From contig NZ_CP011391.1 in NCBI RefSeq assembly GCF_001564455.1, positions 2,310,001 to 2,342,000 of the forward strand: DNA of 32,000 bases. Direction: 5' to 3'. Positions 1 to 10,293 of this stretch are shown piece by piece. The notes below the pieces were generated by a model that saw only the letters and a program-made list of their open reading frames with translations, was not told the DNA's origin and did not search any database. The position numbers and the translations under genes are program-made. The DNA comes from Faecalibaculum rodentium (lineage in GTDB: Bacteria; Bacillota_I; Bacilli_A; Erysipelotrichales; Erysipelotrichaceae). The stretch's first letter is position 1; each line of letters starts with the position of its first letter.

Positions 1-857
1 CGACGCTAGCCCTAAAGCTATTTCGGGGAGAACCAGCTATCTCCGGGTTCGATTGGAATTTCTCCCCTAGCCACAGGTCATCCGCTAACTTTTCAACGGT
101 AGTCGGTTCGGTCCTCCACAGAATTTCACTTCTGCTTCAACCTGCCCATGGCTAGATCACCCGGTTTCGGGTCTGCTCCATACTACTCTTACCGCCCTCT
201 TAAGACTCGCTTTCGCTTCGGCTCCGTCCTTTCCGACTTAACCTCGCACCATGGAACAACTCGCCGGTTCATTCTACAAAAGGCACGCCATCACCCTTTG
301 ACGGGCTCTGACTTCTTTTAGGCACACGGTTTCAGGTTCTCTTTCACTCCGCTCCCGCGGTTCTTTTCACCTTTCCCTCACGGTACTCGTTCTCTATCGC
401 TCACACTGCATATTTTGCCTTGGCGGATGGTCCCGCCTGCTTCCGACAAGATTTCTCGTGTCCCGCCGTACTCAGGATACCGTCTCATGCGTCTAACACT
501 TCGCTTACGAGGCTTTCACTCTCTCTGGCTGTACTTCCCTGTACATTCTGCTGTGTCTTTCGCACTCTTATGACGGTCCTACTACCCCGGATCTCTCCGG
601 TTTGGGCTTTCTCCCCTTTCGCTCGCCGCTACTCGGGGAATCACTGTTGTTTTCTTTTCCTCCGGGTACTTAGATGTTTCAGTTCCCCGGGTACCTCTCC
701 CTTTCGGGATGACAGCCTTCTGGCTGCCGGGTTCCCCCATTCGGACACCGACGGGTCTTTGCCTCCTTACGGCTCACCGTCGCATTTCGCTGTTTGGCAC
801 GTCCTTCTTCAGTACAGTGTGGCCAGGCATCCTCCCTGCGCCCTTCCTTGCTTGATC
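1..857 (-). rRNA. rrl: 23S rRNA, 5' ~860 nt only (operon rrn-A; remainder lies beyond the window start)
   Basis: Positions 1-857 align without indels to 26668-27524, with 6 substitutions. The reverse complement of 821-857 reads GATCAAGCAAGGAAGGGCGCAGGGAGGATGCCTGGCC, a canonical 23S 5' end. The track ORFs inside it are spurious. Confidence 0.95.
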
Positions 858-1090
858 TGATTCTCTCAAACGTTTTTCGTGCTTTCTTCGAGATATTTTT
901 CTCAGAACTGTTTCTTCTCTGTTCTTTTCTTTCTCTCAGTTTCTTTCTATTTCTCCACAACTTTACTTCAGACCTTCTGTTGTCTTTCATATCGTTGTAC
1001 GGTTTTCAAAGATCGACCCTGGAAGACACTCTTCCAAAACCGGACAGGAACCACTCTGCTCTTTTTCCTTTTCCCCTGTACTTTCTCCTT
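858..1090 (-). other. 16S-23S internal transcribed spacer without a tRNA gene
   Basis: 233 nt lie between the 16S 3' end and the 23S 5' end. I saw no tRNA-like T-loop or acceptor pairing. The second copy (27525-27753) is 4 nt shorter, with several indels and substitutions. Confidence 0.8.
1002..1014 (-). promoter_or_regulatory. boxA-like antitermination element in the spacer
   Basis: The minus strand reads GATCTTTGAAAAC, close to the Firmicute rrn boxA core (CTCTTTGAAAAC-type). The same sequence occurs at 27667-27679. Confidence 0.6.
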
Positions 1091-2628
<1,538 letters not shown>

Positions 2629-2728
2629 ATCTGTACTCAGACGCTTTGCGTCTTGTGTTCATGATTGTTTTTCAGGTTCAAAGAATCGACGTTGTATCGT
2701 CTTGTATTTACTTCGTTTTTCCTGTCCG

Positions 2729-2741
2729 GTTTTCAAAGAGC
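2729..2741 (-). promoter_or_regulatory. boxA-like element in the rrn-A leader
   Basis: The minus strand reads GCTCTTTGAAAAC and is conserved at 29392-29404 in rrn-B. It lies between the promoters and mature 16S. Confidence 0.6.
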
Positions 2742-2861
2742 GTCAGCACCCATGACAGATGCCTCCATCGCCTGCGGCTTCTGCTGAAGTCACAAGCTTT
2801 TCAAAGATACTGAATGAGCGGTCCGGCTGTCAAGCCCGGCTGTGCCCCTCAGCACTCTTAT

Positions 2862-2890
2862 ATCTTAACTCATCCGCAAGAGTCTGTCAA
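2862..2890 (-). promoter_or_regulatory. rrn-A promoter P2 (sigma-A type)
   Basis: The minus strand reads TTGACA (2885-2890), a 17-nt spacer, then TAAGAT (2862-2867). An identical block occurs at 29560-29588. Confidence 0.55.
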
Positions 2891-2963
2891 CACATTTTTT
2901 AAACTTTTTATTCTTTTATGTGTTATGACTTGTTGATTTATCCAAATCACTTGCGGCTCACTT

Positions 2964-2991
2964 ATAATACCACACCATCACAGAAGTGCAA
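2964..2991 (-). promoter_or_regulatory. rrn-A promoter P1 with extended -10 and an A/T-rich upstream region
   Basis: The minus strand reads TTGCAC (2986-2991), a 16-nt spacer ending in TGG, then TATTAT (2964-2969). It is preceded by AAAATAAAATACAAAAAAG. The block is conserved at 29662-29689. Confidence 0.55.
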
Positions 2992-3104
2992 TCCCTTTTC
3001 TGCACTTTTTTGTATTTTATTTTCGGTTACCACCAATTAATGCAAATACCCCTCTCACGAATCCCGATTGCCTCTCCTTTCCTGCCCCTCCTCATCGGCA
3101 TGGA

Positions 3105-3135
3105 ACCAAAAGAAAGACCGGGTTTCGGCCGGTCT
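3105..3135 (-). terminator. Rho-independent terminator after the DeoR gene
   Basis: The minus strand reads AGACCGG-ccgaaac-CCGGTCT followed by TTCTTTTGG, about 25 nt after the stop codon. Confidence 0.7.
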
Positions 3136-3159
3136 GTCAGAATATCCTGCTGTCTGTCC

Positions 3160-3939
3160 TTATTTCATGGAATCGCTGAGAATAAAGTTTTCCGGAATCT
3201 CATCATCGCTGAGGTATTCCCGAACCCCCGGGTCTGTGATCACGAAATCAAACTCCGCGAGATCTGCCATGGTGTAGAAAGCGCGGATGTCCATTTTCGA
3301 GCTGTCTGCCATCAGAACCGCACGGCTGGACTGCTCCATGGCTTTGCGCTTCACGGCAGGGGTCATGGTTTCGGAGGCCAGCACAGTGCCTTCCCTGGGA
3401 TTCACCCCCAGGCAGCCGATAAAGCAGCTGTTGAAATGAAACCTGGACAGGACGTGGGTCGTCACCGGTCCGGTGAACATGCTGTAATACACATCGTAGT
3501 CACCCGGGAGCACGAACAGCCGGGCGTTTCCTTCCTGAAATTCTTCCACCACGAGGGAAGAATGCGTCACGATGGTAATGTGTTTGTCCTTCAGAAGAGG
3601 GACCAGGGGCAGGATCGTGGTGCCGCCGTCGAGGAAAATGCAGTCGCCATCCTGGACCATATCCGCAGCCCGACGGGCAATCATTTCTTTTTCTCCCGCA
3701 TGCACTGTGACGCGCTCCCGCATGAGTTTCTCATCCTGGCTTGTGGTCAGGTTTGCCTTCGTCAGGCTCTTGGCTCCTCCATGAACGCGAATCAGCCGGT
3801 GACGGACATCCAGTTCCTCCACGTCCCGGCGGATCGTGGTTTCCGATACCCGGAGCATGTCCGCCAGTTCCCGGGTTTTCACAAACCCCTGTTCTTCCGT
3901 GATCTCCACGATTCGTTCATACCGTTTGTCTGCAAGCAT
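3160..3939 (-). CDS. DeoR/GlpR-family transcriptional regulator (259 aa)
   Basis: It has an N-terminal DeoR HTH (RYERIVEITEEQGFVKTRELADMLRVSETTIRRDVEEL) and a C-terminal DeoR sugar-phosphate sensor domain (IFLDGGTT...IGCLGV). An SD-like GGGAGAG sits upstream of the ATG. Confidence 0.9.
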   Translation of the reverse strand: MLADKRYERIVEITEEQGFVKTRELADMLRVSETTIRRDVEELDVRHRLIRVHGGAKSLTKANLTTSQDEKLMRERVTVHAGEKEMIARRAADMVQDGDCIFLDGGTTILPLVPLLKDKHITIVTHSSLVVEEFQEGNARLFVLPGDYDVYYSMFTGPVTTHVLSRFHFNSCFIGCLGVNPREGTVLASETMTPAVKRKAMEQSSRAVLMADSSKMDIRAFYTMADLAEFDFVITDPGVREYLSDDEIPENFILSDSMK

Positions 3940-4090
3940 AATCCAATCTCTCCCTTACACAGTATAGTCCATCCGGCTGTGCCTGAAAGTCATAACCGCT
4001 TTGTTTCATGTAAGTTATTACAGGCTTTGTGCCAGATGCATCTCTTTTCCGGTTGGGGCCTCGCCTGGCCCTTACAGTCCGGCGCAGAAT

Positions 4091-4114
4091 AAAAGCCCCT
4101 GGCCGGGGCTTTTT
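4091..4114 (-). terminator. Terminator after potCD (symmetrical, potentially bidirectional)
   Basis: AAAAGCCCC-tggcc-GGGGCTTTT lies 24 nt downstream of the potCD stop. Confidence 0.7.
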
Positions 4115-4137
4115 CGCATTTGCGGACAAAGCGGGTG

Positions 4138-6084
4138 TCATCCGGCGTTGGAAGCCGCAATTTTCACCCGTGCAAACTGATCCGCAATGATTTTCCGGAC
4201 ATTCTCGTCGAATTCGAACACTTCGTCTTTCCCGTATCCGGTTCTCGGGATATAGGCATTGATTCCCGCGAAGTCCGATTCGGCGAGTTCATCCATGACC
4301 TCCTGGTTCGGTGAGGTATACCCCACATAACTGGAGTTGTCGTACGCCGCTTCATACTGGCATGTGTATTCGATGAACGCCGTGGCCAGTTCCACGTTCC
4401 TGGCGTTCTTCGGAATCACCATCGCGTCACACCACAGGTTGCTGCCTTCCTTCGGGAGGTAGTAGCCCATGTTTTCGTTTTCCGACATGACATACGCCGC
4501 ATCGCCGGAGTAGATCAGACCCAGCGCCTTGCGGCTCTGTGCCATGTTGTCAATGATTTCATCCGTCACGATTTCCGGATCCATGGTCCGGACACACTCC
4601 AGCAGCCAGTTGTAGGCTTCATTGATCTGGTTTTCGTCCTTCGTATTCATCGAATAGCCGAGGGCTTTGAGCGCCATCATGAAGCTGTCGCGTTCGGAAT
4701 CATAGAGATAGATCTGGCCTTTGTACTTCGGGTCCAGGAAGATGTTGAATCCTTCTTTCTCCAGGTCCTGTTCGCTGACCTTTGTCTTGTCGTACACAAT
4801 GCCCACTGTACCCCAGAAATACGGCACGCTGTATTCATTCCCCGGATCATAGTTGAGGTTCAGGGTCTCATCCACCAGCAGGGACATCGCGGTTTCCAGC
4901 TTTGTTTTGTCGAGTTTCTGCAGGCGGTCTTCCTGGATCAGGCGTTCGATCATGTAATCCGACGGAATCAGCACATCATAGGAATCGCCGTTGGCAACTT
5001 TGATGTACATCTGTTCATTGGAGTCGAAGTTGTCCGCCACGACCGTGGCTCCGGTCAGCTCCTCGAAACCGCTGATGTAGTTCTCCCCGACATATTCACC
5101 CGGGAGATAAATGTGCAGAGTCTGGCCGGCAAAGGGCTTGTCGCTCACGAGTCCGCCGCGCAGTCCGAACACTGCAGCAATGACCACCGCTGCAGCCAGC
5201 AGGGTCCAGGGCCATTTCCGCGGATGTTTCCGGAACTCGCCTTCCAGGGATGCGGGGTTGTTTCTGTGGAGTTTTTCCCGGAGCCAGGGTACGACATTCA
5301 TCAGCACCACACCCAGGGTGATGAACAGCACCACCAGGGTGGAGATGGCGTTGATGGAAGGATTCACGCGCTTGCTCATGGTGTAAACCATGATGGACAG
5401 GTTTTTGACACCCTGGCCGGTGGTGAAGTAGGAAATGATGAAATCATCGAAGCTCATCGTGAAGGCCACCAGTGCACCGGATACGATTGCCGGCCAGATC
5501 TGGGGGACGATGACTTTCGTCAGGGTCTGCCAGGGCGTGGCACCAAGGTCCATGGCTGCATCCGCCAGGTTGGGATCCAGCTGGCGCAGGCGGGGGGTCA
5601 CGGACAGCATCACATAGGGAATGCAGAAGGCAATGTGCGCCAGCAACAGGGTCACGAAGCCGCGTTCCACGTTGAAGGTGATGAACAGCAGCATGAGGCC
5701 AATGGCGGTCACGATTTCGGGGTTCATCATGGGCAGGTCATTGACCTGGGTGATGTACTGCCGGACGAGTTTCCGGGAATAGGACATGCCAATGGCGGTG
5801 ATCGTGCCCACCATCGTGGAAATCGCAGTGGCCACGAGGGCGACAATGATGGTCACATACAGGGACTCCATCATGCCGTGGCTCTTGAGCATGGTCTCGT
5901 ACCAGCGCAGGGAGAAACCCGTGAAGCTGGTCAGCGACTTGGAGCTGTTGAAGGAGAACACCACCATGAACACAATGGGCAGATAGAAAAACAGCAGGGT
6001 GAGCGCCATCAGGATATTGGCGGGGATCCGGGTGCGTCCACCGTTTCTGTTCGCCGCAGCTCTGTTCTGTTCGGGGGATTTCAT
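4138..6084 (-). CDS. potCD: Spermidine/putrescine ABC transporter permease fused to a PotD-type substrate-binding domain (648 aa)
   Basis: aa 1-267 form a PotC-like permease with the EAA-type loop (LDPNLADAAMDLGATPWQTL). aa ~291-311 form an extra TM helix (WPWTLLAAAVVIAAVFGLRGG). aa ~315-648 form a PotD-family binding protein (SNEQMYIKVANGDSYDVLIPSDYMIERL...YFWGTVGIVY). The ATGA start overlaps the potB stop, and the SD is GAGGAGG. Confidence 0.9.
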   Translation of the reverse strand: MKSPEQNRAAANRNGGRTRIPANILMALTLLFFYLPIVFMVVFSFNSSKSLTSFTGFSLRWYETMLKSHGMMESLYVTIIVALVATAISTMVGTITAIGMSYSRKLVRQYITQVNDLPMMNPEIVTAIGLMLLFITFNVERGFVTLLLAHIAFCIPYVMLSVTPRLRQLDPNLADAAMDLGATPWQTLTKVIVPQIWPAIVSGALVAFTMSFDDFIISYFTTGQGVKNLSIMVYTMSKRVNPSINAISTLVVLFITLGVVLMNVVPWLREKLHRNNPASLEGEFRKHPRKWPWTLLAAAVVIAAVFGLRGGLVSDKPFAGQTLHIYLPGEYVGENYISGFEELTGATVVADNFDSNEQMYIKVANGDSYDVLIPSDYMIERLIQEDRLQKLDKTKLETAMSLLVDETLNLNYDPGNEYSVPYFWGTVGIVYDKTKVSEQDLEKEGFNIFLDPKYKGQIYLYDSERDSFMMALKALGYSMNTKDENQINEAYNWLLECVRTMDPEIVTDEIIDNMAQSRKALGLIYSGDAAYVMSENENMGYYLPKEGSNLWCDAMVIPKNARNVELATAFIEYTCQYEAAYDNSSYVGYTSPNQEVMDELAESDFAGINAYIPRTGYGKDEVFEFDENVRKIIADQFARVKIAASNAG

Positions 6085-6908
6085 CGCTTTCCTCCTCTGG
6101 CATCAAGCCTGCGCACGAGCATCATGAGCAGCATCATGATCACGGCCATGATCATGGAGATCGCCGAACCGAAGTTCCATTCACCGACGGTGATGAACTG
6201 GTTCTCAATGACGTTGCCAATCAGGAAGTACTGCCCGCCGCCGAGCAGCTTGGGGATGAAGAACGCCGAGACTGCCGGCAGAAACACCAGGGTGATGCCC
6301 GAGACAACACCCGGCAGGGACAGCGGCAGGGTGACTTTCAGGAATGCCTGCCAGCCATTGGCACCGAGATCGCTCGCGGCTTCCAGCAGGCTGCGGTCCA
6401 TTTTCGCCAGGGAGGTCTGGATCTGCAGGATCATGAAGGGCAGAAAGTTGTAGACCATGCCAATGAGCACGGCGGTTTCCGTGTAGAGCAGATCACCGTG
6501 AGGAATGTGCAGCAGATCCAGGATCCATTCCACTGGACCGCCGGCCGACAGCAGACCGATCCAGGCGTAGGTGCGGACCAGCATGTTGATCCACATCGGC
6601 AATGTGATGGCCAGGATCAGACGGGACTGCACTTTTTCCGGACTGCGGGAAATCACATAGGCAATGGGATATCCCAGGATCAGGCAGATCACGGTGGTCT
6701 TCAGGGCAATGGCCAGGGACCGCCAGAGGATGATGAGGAAGTCTTTGTCGGTGAAAAACCGCGTGTAGTTGGAGAGGGTGAGCTGGAAATGCACGATGGA
6801 GTTGCCCGCCTGGATGAAGGAATAAAAGGCGATGAGCAGCATCGGCAGAAGCAGCATGACGAAGCTCCACACCAGGTACGGCACGACGAGCTGACGGAAC
6901 CGTTTCAT
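6081..6908 (-). CDS. potB: Spermidine/putrescine ABC transporter permease PotB (275 aa)
   Basis: It is a six-TM binding-protein-dependent permease with the EAA motif ([16 protein letters not shown]). ATGA overlaps couple it translationally to both neighbours. Confidence 0.9.
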   Translation of the reverse strand: MKRFRQLVVPYLVWSFVMLLLPMLLIAFYSFIQAGNSIVHFQLTLSNYTRFFTDKDFLIILWRSLAIALKTTVICLILGYPIAYVISRSPEKVQSRLILAITLPMWINMLVRTYAWIGLLSAGGPVEWILDLLHIPHGDLLYTETAVLIGMVYNFLPFMILQIQTSLAKMDRSLLEAASDLGANGWQAFLKVTLPLSLPGVVSGITLVFLPAVSAFFIPKLLGGGQYFLIGNVIENQFITVGEWNFGSAISMIMAVIMMLLMMLVRRLDARGGKR

Positions 6909-8494
6909 TCACTGAACCCCATTTTTTCCATGACGTGGATGTCCTCCGGTTCGAAGGTCAGGCCGACCTTCTTTCCTTCCTTGACGAAGTCCGTGGTGTG
7001 GATCTTGAATTCCCGGCCGGTGGTCCAGAACGTCACGGGATAAATGCCTTCCCGGATGTTCTCCGGATCGAAGTCGTATTCCACGGACAGGCCGACGGAT
7101 TCGTTTTCGTCATCCAGTTTCCAGGCCTGGGCGTTGGCCCACGTCTTCAGGTCCGTATCCAGGGCGATCGATTCCTGGATCTCGTCGGGTGTCTTGAAGA
7201 AGTTGAAGGCGGACACCGCTTCATTGACTTTTTTGTTTTCCACGACTTTCTGGTCAATGACCCAGATCTTCCGGGTGATGGACAGGCCATCCACGGTATG
7301 GAAAGTGACGGAGTATTCCCCCAGTTCGTTTTTCAGGTCTGTCTGCACCCGTTCAATGGGAAGCAGTTCGTCCGTTGCGGCGTTCCAGGCCTGGGCATCC
7401 GCACGGGCAATGAGATCGCTGTCGTCCCAGTCCTTCATGTCCTCCAGGTCCAGGTAGAAGTTGTTGGCGGAAATCCGCAGATCTCCCTCCTGTTTCTCGT
7501 TGGCTTCATTGCGGTTCACGTGCATGTTCACGGTGATGTGCGTACCGGGCACGGTCTCCACCATGACTTCATAGTGGACGCCTTTGAAGAGGACGGACTC
7601 CACGGTTCCCTGGAGCTTGCCGGCCTCCGGCGTCACGATGTCAATGTCCTCCGGGCGGATCACCACATCCACCGGTTCATTGGGGCGGAACCCGGCGTCG
7701 ACGCAGTCAAAGTCCGTGTCGTTGAAGCGCACCAGCCGGTCCTCGATCATGCGGCCGGGGATCAGGTTGCTTTCGCCGACGAAGTTGGCGACATAGGCGT
7801 TGGCCGGTTCGTTGTAGATGTCCGTTGGCGTGCCCACCTGCATGATCTCGCCTTCCTTCATGACCACGATCTTGTCCGACATCGTCAGGGCTTCTTCCTG
7901 GTCATGGGTGACGAAAATGAACGTGATGCCCACTTCCTGCTGGATGCGCTTGAGCTCATACTGCATTTCCTTGCGCAGTTTCAGGTCCAGGGCGCCCAGG
8001 GGTTCATCCAGAAGCAGGACCGAAGGCTCGTTGACCAGGGCCCGGGCAATCGCCACACGCTGCTGCTGGCCGCCGGACATCAGGGTAACGTCCTTGTTTT
8101 CATAGCCCTCGAGCCCGATGAGCTTGAGCATCTTCTTCACCTTCTGCTCAATGACGTCTTCACTCATTTTCTGCAGGCGCAGGCCGAAGGCGATGTTTTC
8201 ATACACATTCAGGTGGGGAAACAGGGCATATTTCTGGAACACTGTGTTCAGTTCCCGCTTGTATGGGGGCAGTTTGGCGATGTCCTTGCCATCGAAGATC
8301 ACCTCTCCGTCATCCGGGTCAATGAATCCGCCCAGGATCCGGAGCAGGGTCGTCTTTCCGCAGCCGGAGGGCCCCAGCAGGGTGACGAACTCGTTTTCAT
8401 ATATATCCAGGTCAATTCCCTTCAGCACCTGCTGGTCGTCGAAGTTCTTGACGATGTGCCGGAACTGAATCAGCTTGTTCTTGTCGTTTTCCAT
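6905..8494 (-). CDS. potA: Spermidine/putrescine ABC transporter ATPase PotA, expanded form (529 aa)
   Basis: It has Walker A GPSGCGKT, signature SGGQQQR, Walker B LLLDEP and H-loop VTHD. TOBE-like strands flank an insert of about 180 aa. The SD is GAAGGAGAG. Confidence 0.9.
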   Translation of the reverse strand: MENDKNKLIQFRHIVKNFDDQQVLKGIDLDIYENEFVTLLGPSGCGKTTLLRILGGFIDPDDGEVIFDGKDIAKLPPYKRELNTVFQKYALFPHLNVYENIAFGLRLQKMSEDVIEQKVKKMLKLIGLEGYENKDVTLMSGGQQQRVAIARALVNEPSVLLLDEPLGALDLKLRKEMQYELKRIQQEVGITFIFVTHDQEEALTMSDKIVVMKEGEIMQVGTPTDIYNEPANAYVANFVGESNLIPGRMIEDRLVRFNDTDFDCVDAGFRPNEPVDVVIRPEDIDIVTPEAGKLQGTVESVLFKGVHYEVMVETVPGTHITVNMHVNRNEANEKQEGDLRISANNFYLDLEDMKDWDDSDLIARADAQAWNAATDELLPIERVQTDLKNELGEYSVTFHTVDGLSITRKIWVIDQKVVENKKVNEAVSAFNFFKTPDEIQESIALDTDLKTWANAQAWKLDDENESVGLSVEYDFDPENIREGIYPVTFWTTGREFKIHTTDFVKEGKKVGLTFEPEDIHVMEKMGFSE

Positions 8495-8563
8495 ACTCTC
8501 TCCTTCGTATGCCGCCGGCGCAGGCGGCCGGCCTGGGCTGCCCGGGCAGGCAGCTTTCCGCGG

Positions 8564-9097
8564 CTAGAACGCCGGTGGGGTGGTGACCCACAGGATCACG
8601 GCTTTGGATCCCCCGGGGTTTGTCAGGGCATGACGGGCGGCGCCATCCAGATAAAAGGCACTGCCGCGTGTCAGCTCGAGCTGACTGTCATCCAGGTCCA
8701 GCCGGGCGCATCCCTGCAGGACATAGCCGAATTCCTGCCCTTCGTGGGCTGCCATTTCATACATCCCGCCGGGTTTCAGGGTCAGCCGGATGGGCTCCAT
8801 GTCGTTTTTCTGGGCATTGGGGATCACCCAGTCGATGGTGTAGCCTTCCTGCTCATCGGTGAACCAGTCCGGTGCGGTGAACACGATCTGTGTCTGTTCC
8901 TGCTGCCGGGAGAAAAACTCCGGCAGGCTGGTTCCCAGGGCTTCCAGGATGTCCTCGAGGGTGGAAATGCTCGGGGAGGTGAGGTCCCGCTCCACCTGGG
9001 ACAGGAATCCCTTGGTGAGTTCGCTGCGGCTGGCAAGCTCTTCCAGGGTCAGTCCCATGGCCTGTCTTCGCTGCCGCAGACGGTTTCCGATTTCCAT
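8564..9097 (-). CDS. XRE-HTH plus cupin transcriptional regulator, PuuR-like (177 aa)
   Basis: The N-terminal HTH_3 (LRQRRQAMGLTLEELASRSELTKGFLSQVERDLTSPSISTLEDILEALGTSLPEFFS) and C-terminal cupin ending ...VTTPPAF give the same architecture and end motifs as E. coli PuuR. The SD is AAAGGAG. Confidence 0.85.
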   Translation of the reverse strand: MEIGNRLRQRRQAMGLTLEELASRSELTKGFLSQVERDLTSPSISTLEDILEALGTSLPEFFSRQQEQTQIVFTAPDWFTDEQEGYTIDWVIPNAQKNDMEPIRLTLKPGGMYEMAAHEGQEFGYVLQGCARLDLDDSQLELTRGSAFYLDGAARHALTNPGGSKAVILWVTTPPAF

Positions 9098-9146
9098 ATC
9101 GACTCCTTTCCGGTGCGCGGCAGCGGTGGGGACCCGCCAGCCGCGA

Positions 9147-9163
9147 GTTTAGCAGTGCTAAAC
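9147..9163. promoter_or_regulatory. 17-nt perfect palindrome, candidate operator of the PuuR-like regulator
   Basis: GTTTAGCA-G-TGCTAAAC lies about 50 nt upstream of the regulator ATG, immediately downstream of a minus-strand TATAAAAT -10-like element. Confidence 0.45.
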
Positions 9164-9273
9164 TCCAAATTTTATAACGCAAATCCTATTATTACGTTTT
9201 TCCAAACATCGTCAATAGAAAGACCTGAATTTCGTTCCAATTCGTATTTCGCTGCCAGAGTCCGGAAGCCATC

Positions 9274-9282
9274 TGATATAAT
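9274..9282 (+). promoter_or_regulatory. Extended -10 promoter element for the DUF368 gene
   Basis: TGATATAAT lies 38 nt upstream of the ATG. The -35 is weak. Confidence 0.5.
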
Positions 9283-9319
9283 CCCGGGGTACAAACGAAA
9301 TAAGGAGAACAATACAAGA

Positions 9320-10168
9320 ATGCTGAAACGAATCCTCCAGGGCGTGGTGGTGGGCATCGCCAACATCATTCCAGGTGTATCCGGCGGAACCATGCTGGTG
9401 TCCATGGGGCTGTATGACCGGCTCATCGAATCCATCACCCACCTGTTCCGGGACTGGAAAAAATCTGTCCGGTTCCTGCTGCCGATCTTCATCGGGGCCG
9501 GACTGGCGCTGGTGCTGCTGGCAAAGCTCTTCGAATACCTCCTGGGCACGTGGCCGGTCCCGACCAACCTCGGGTTCTGCGGCCTGATTGCCGGGAGCCT
9601 GCCGTTCATCCTGAACAAAGTCCGTCACAAGGGCTTCAACACGAGCATGGCGGTCTGCTTCCTGCTCTTCTTCGCCCTGGTGGTCGGCATGGCGCTCCTG
9701 GGCGAAAACAGCGGAGCCCAGGCCAGTGTGGCCATCACGCCAATGAACGTGATCCTGCTGTTTCTGGTGGGAATCATTGCCGCGGCGACGATGGTGATCC
9801 CCGGGGTCTCGGGCAGCATGATGCTCATGCTCCTGGGCTACTATGAGCCGATCCTGCACCTGATCAATCAGTTTGTGTCCGGTCTCATCCACTTCGACAT
9901 GGGAAAACTCCTGCCGGCGTGCGGCGCCCTCATTCCCTGCGGCCTGGGAATCGTGGTGGGGATCTTCGCGGTGGCGAAGCTCATCGAATGGGTGATGGAC
10001 CGCTGGCCGGCTCAGACGTACTGGGCGATCATTGGCCTGATCGTGGCCAGTCCCGTGGCGATCCTGCTGAACACCGACTGGGCCGGCTTCAGCTGGATGC
10101 AGCTGCTCATCGGTGTGGTCACCTTCGGCCTGGGCTGGTTTACCGCCAGCAAGCTCGGCGGAGACTAG
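9320..10168 (+). CDS. DUF368-family polytopic membrane protein (PopT-type candidate undecaprenyl-phosphate translocase), 282 aa
   Basis: This is the in-frame 3' part of track ORF 6935..10168. The start MLKRILQG is preceded by TAAGGAG 12 nt upstream. The duplicated IPGVSGGT / IPGVSGSM motifs are typical of DUF368. Confidence 0.85.
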   Translation: MLKRILQGVVVGIANIIPGVSGGTMLVSMGLYDRLIESITHLFRDWKKSVRFLLPIFIGAGLALVLLAKLFEYLLGTWPVPTNLGFCGLIAGSLPFILNKVRHKGFNTSMAVCFLLFFALVVGMALLGENSGAQASVAITPMNVILLFLVGIIAAATMVIPGVSGSMMLMLLGYYEPILHLINQFVSGLIHFDMGKLLPACGALIPCGLGIVVGIFAVAKLIEWVMDRWPAQTYWAIIGLIVASPVAILLNTDWAGFSWMQLLIGVVTFGLGWFTASKLGGD

Positions 10169-10225
10169 GAACCTGCGGCCGGTCCGGCAAATTCCAGAGG
10201 AATTTGTCGGCCGGCTCCAGGTTCC
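10168..10225. other. Long imperfect inverted repeat (about 24 bp stem, 3-nt loop) abutting the DUF368 stop codon
   Basis: GGAACCTG..GCCGG..CCG.CAAATTCC-aga-GGAATTTG.CGG.CCGGC..CAGGTTCC. No U-tract follows it. Confidence 0.6.
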
Positions 10226-10252
10226 GGCAGTATAGAGTTGCATGAACCGTTC

Positions 10253-10293
10253 AAAAAATCCGGGCTGCCTGTGATGAGGCACCCGGATTTTTT
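10253..10293. terminator. Bidirectional rho-independent terminator
   Basis: AAAAAATCCGGG-ctgcctgtgatgaggca-CCCGGATTTTTT, with inner TGCCT/AGGCA pairing. There are A6 and T6 runs on the two sides. Confidence 0.75.

Noticed and set aside
5113-6453. Long antisense ORFs (5113..6453+, 2986..4092+, 10498..12003+, 11966..13207+, 12912..14168+, 16938..18761+, 9212..10339-)
   Set aside because: Each lies opposite a gene with clear family motifs. Their translations are H/R/G/P-rich with no motifs or SD. These are typical shadow ORFs of GC-rich DNA.
6935-10168. 1077-aa plus-strand ORF, the longest in the track
   Set aside because: Its first ~795 codons are antisense to potA and to the PuuR-like gene. 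They have a low-complexity, G/V/H/D/R-rich translation and no family resemblance. Only the last 283 codons (from 9320, with an SD) form a real DUF368 gene.
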